Positions 63,170 to 64,000 of a stretch of DNA of 64,000 bases are shown piece after piece. This stretch comes from Nostoc sp. GTDB lineage: Bacteria; Cyanobacteriota; Cyanobacteriia; Cyanobacteriales; Nostocaceae. The stretch is taken from contig JBALDB010000046.1 of NCBI GenBank assembly GCA_036918135.1, forward strand, positions 64,001 through 128,000. The letters run 5' to 3'. A program made the position numbers and the translations under genes. Numbering within the stretch: position 1 is the first letter of the stretch; every line of letters begins with the position of its first letter. The notes beneath the pieces were generated by a model that was not told the DNA's origin, ran no database searches, and was given only the letters and a program-made list of their open reading frames with translations.

Positions 63170-64000
63170 AGGGAACTTTTTTCAACTGTGAGGCTCCATG
63201 AATTCAGAAACGCTACAATCAGCAATTCACTGAATTTAGGCACATTATTTCGATCTTCGCAAAAATATTAAGACATAGCACTCTATATCTGAGTATATTT
63301 TTTCTGAGTGACAGTGCTTAGGAATCAATTAAATTTTACTAGAACGCATATAGGTGCTAGAAAAAAGGAAGTTTCGTATATCTGACTGTATCTAGTAGCA
63401 TAAATGTCTTTTATGAGCTTTTTTGTTTTCCGTAAATTGAACTAAAGAGATTTTTATTCTAAGTTGATAATCGACCTTTAAAATTTATCTTATTTAAGGT
63501 ATACTTTCCATCTAATACTTAAGAGTTAGTTTTTGATATTTGAAATCATCTTATGCTTAATAGTCTCATTATTTTGATTATTGAGCAATCAATAATTATA
63601 TCTTTAACGAACAGGGCATGTTTTGTATTTTGTGTAAAAGCATTGGGTATGGATTAAACACGCAGTATGGGAAGATTATTAAAAAAGCTTCCCACCCCTC
63701 TACAGACTTCCTCATCTGACTGCATTCCCCTGTCCACTTCTGCACTTTGACGCTTGCGTGCTTTGCCTCGTCTCTCATCCCCATAGTTAATAATCTCAAG
63801 GTATGGTAGATGACTTTGGCAATCAGGGATTCGCTACCACTGCGCCCAGTGAATGATTCAAAGATTTTCTAGCCAAACCGAGTTATTTGCCGCTTTTATC
63901 AGGTATGGTAAAAAATTGTTGTCTTTTTTGCCTGGATTTCATCAAACTGCTATGTTAAGCTGTTCCACATCAAAGTTCCATATAATAAGCAATCAAGACG

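Noticed and set aside
63170..64000. ORF 63596-63799 and the TGGGAAG/CTTCCCA hairpin
   Set aside because: No recognisable protein or RNA features, and the context is cut by the window edge.

Overview
This is a core-chromosome segment of a heterocyst-forming cyanobacterium (Nostoc-like). The assignment rests on abundant HIP1 octamers (GCGATCGC), STRR heptamer arrays, an RNase E tail ending RRRRRRSSA, Fd-GOGAT and ndhAIGE. Housekeeping blocks are rne-rnhB, pheA, the str operon (rpsL-rpsG-fusA-tuf-rpsJ), glsF, lepB, PBP1A/tyrS/pyrF, uvrC, ribD, and a DHH-sixA-gltA-ndhA-ndhI-ndhG-ndhE-NAD kinase run. The more interesting material is: (1) a decayed ~2 kb insert between sixA and the DHH gene, holding a RusA-like gene and a REase-like/HEPN gene apparently joined by a deletion, plus a DUF29 pseudogene; (2) a kinase / FHA-FHA-ABC transporter / kinase module, where one kinase has Thr-containing tandem repeats; (3) four candidate structured non-coding RNAs, two in the long rpsL-rpsG spacer, one beside uvrC and one at ~52.1-52.3 kb; (4) many tiny mobile repeats, including nested elements, in-frame insertions in glsF and an aminotransferase, and an internally deleted IS630; (5) two 59-aa genes missed by the ORF track; (6) unusual substitutions in citrate synthase motifs. 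I found no rRNA, tRNA or CRISPR array. All calls come from reading the sequence by eye; no searches were run.
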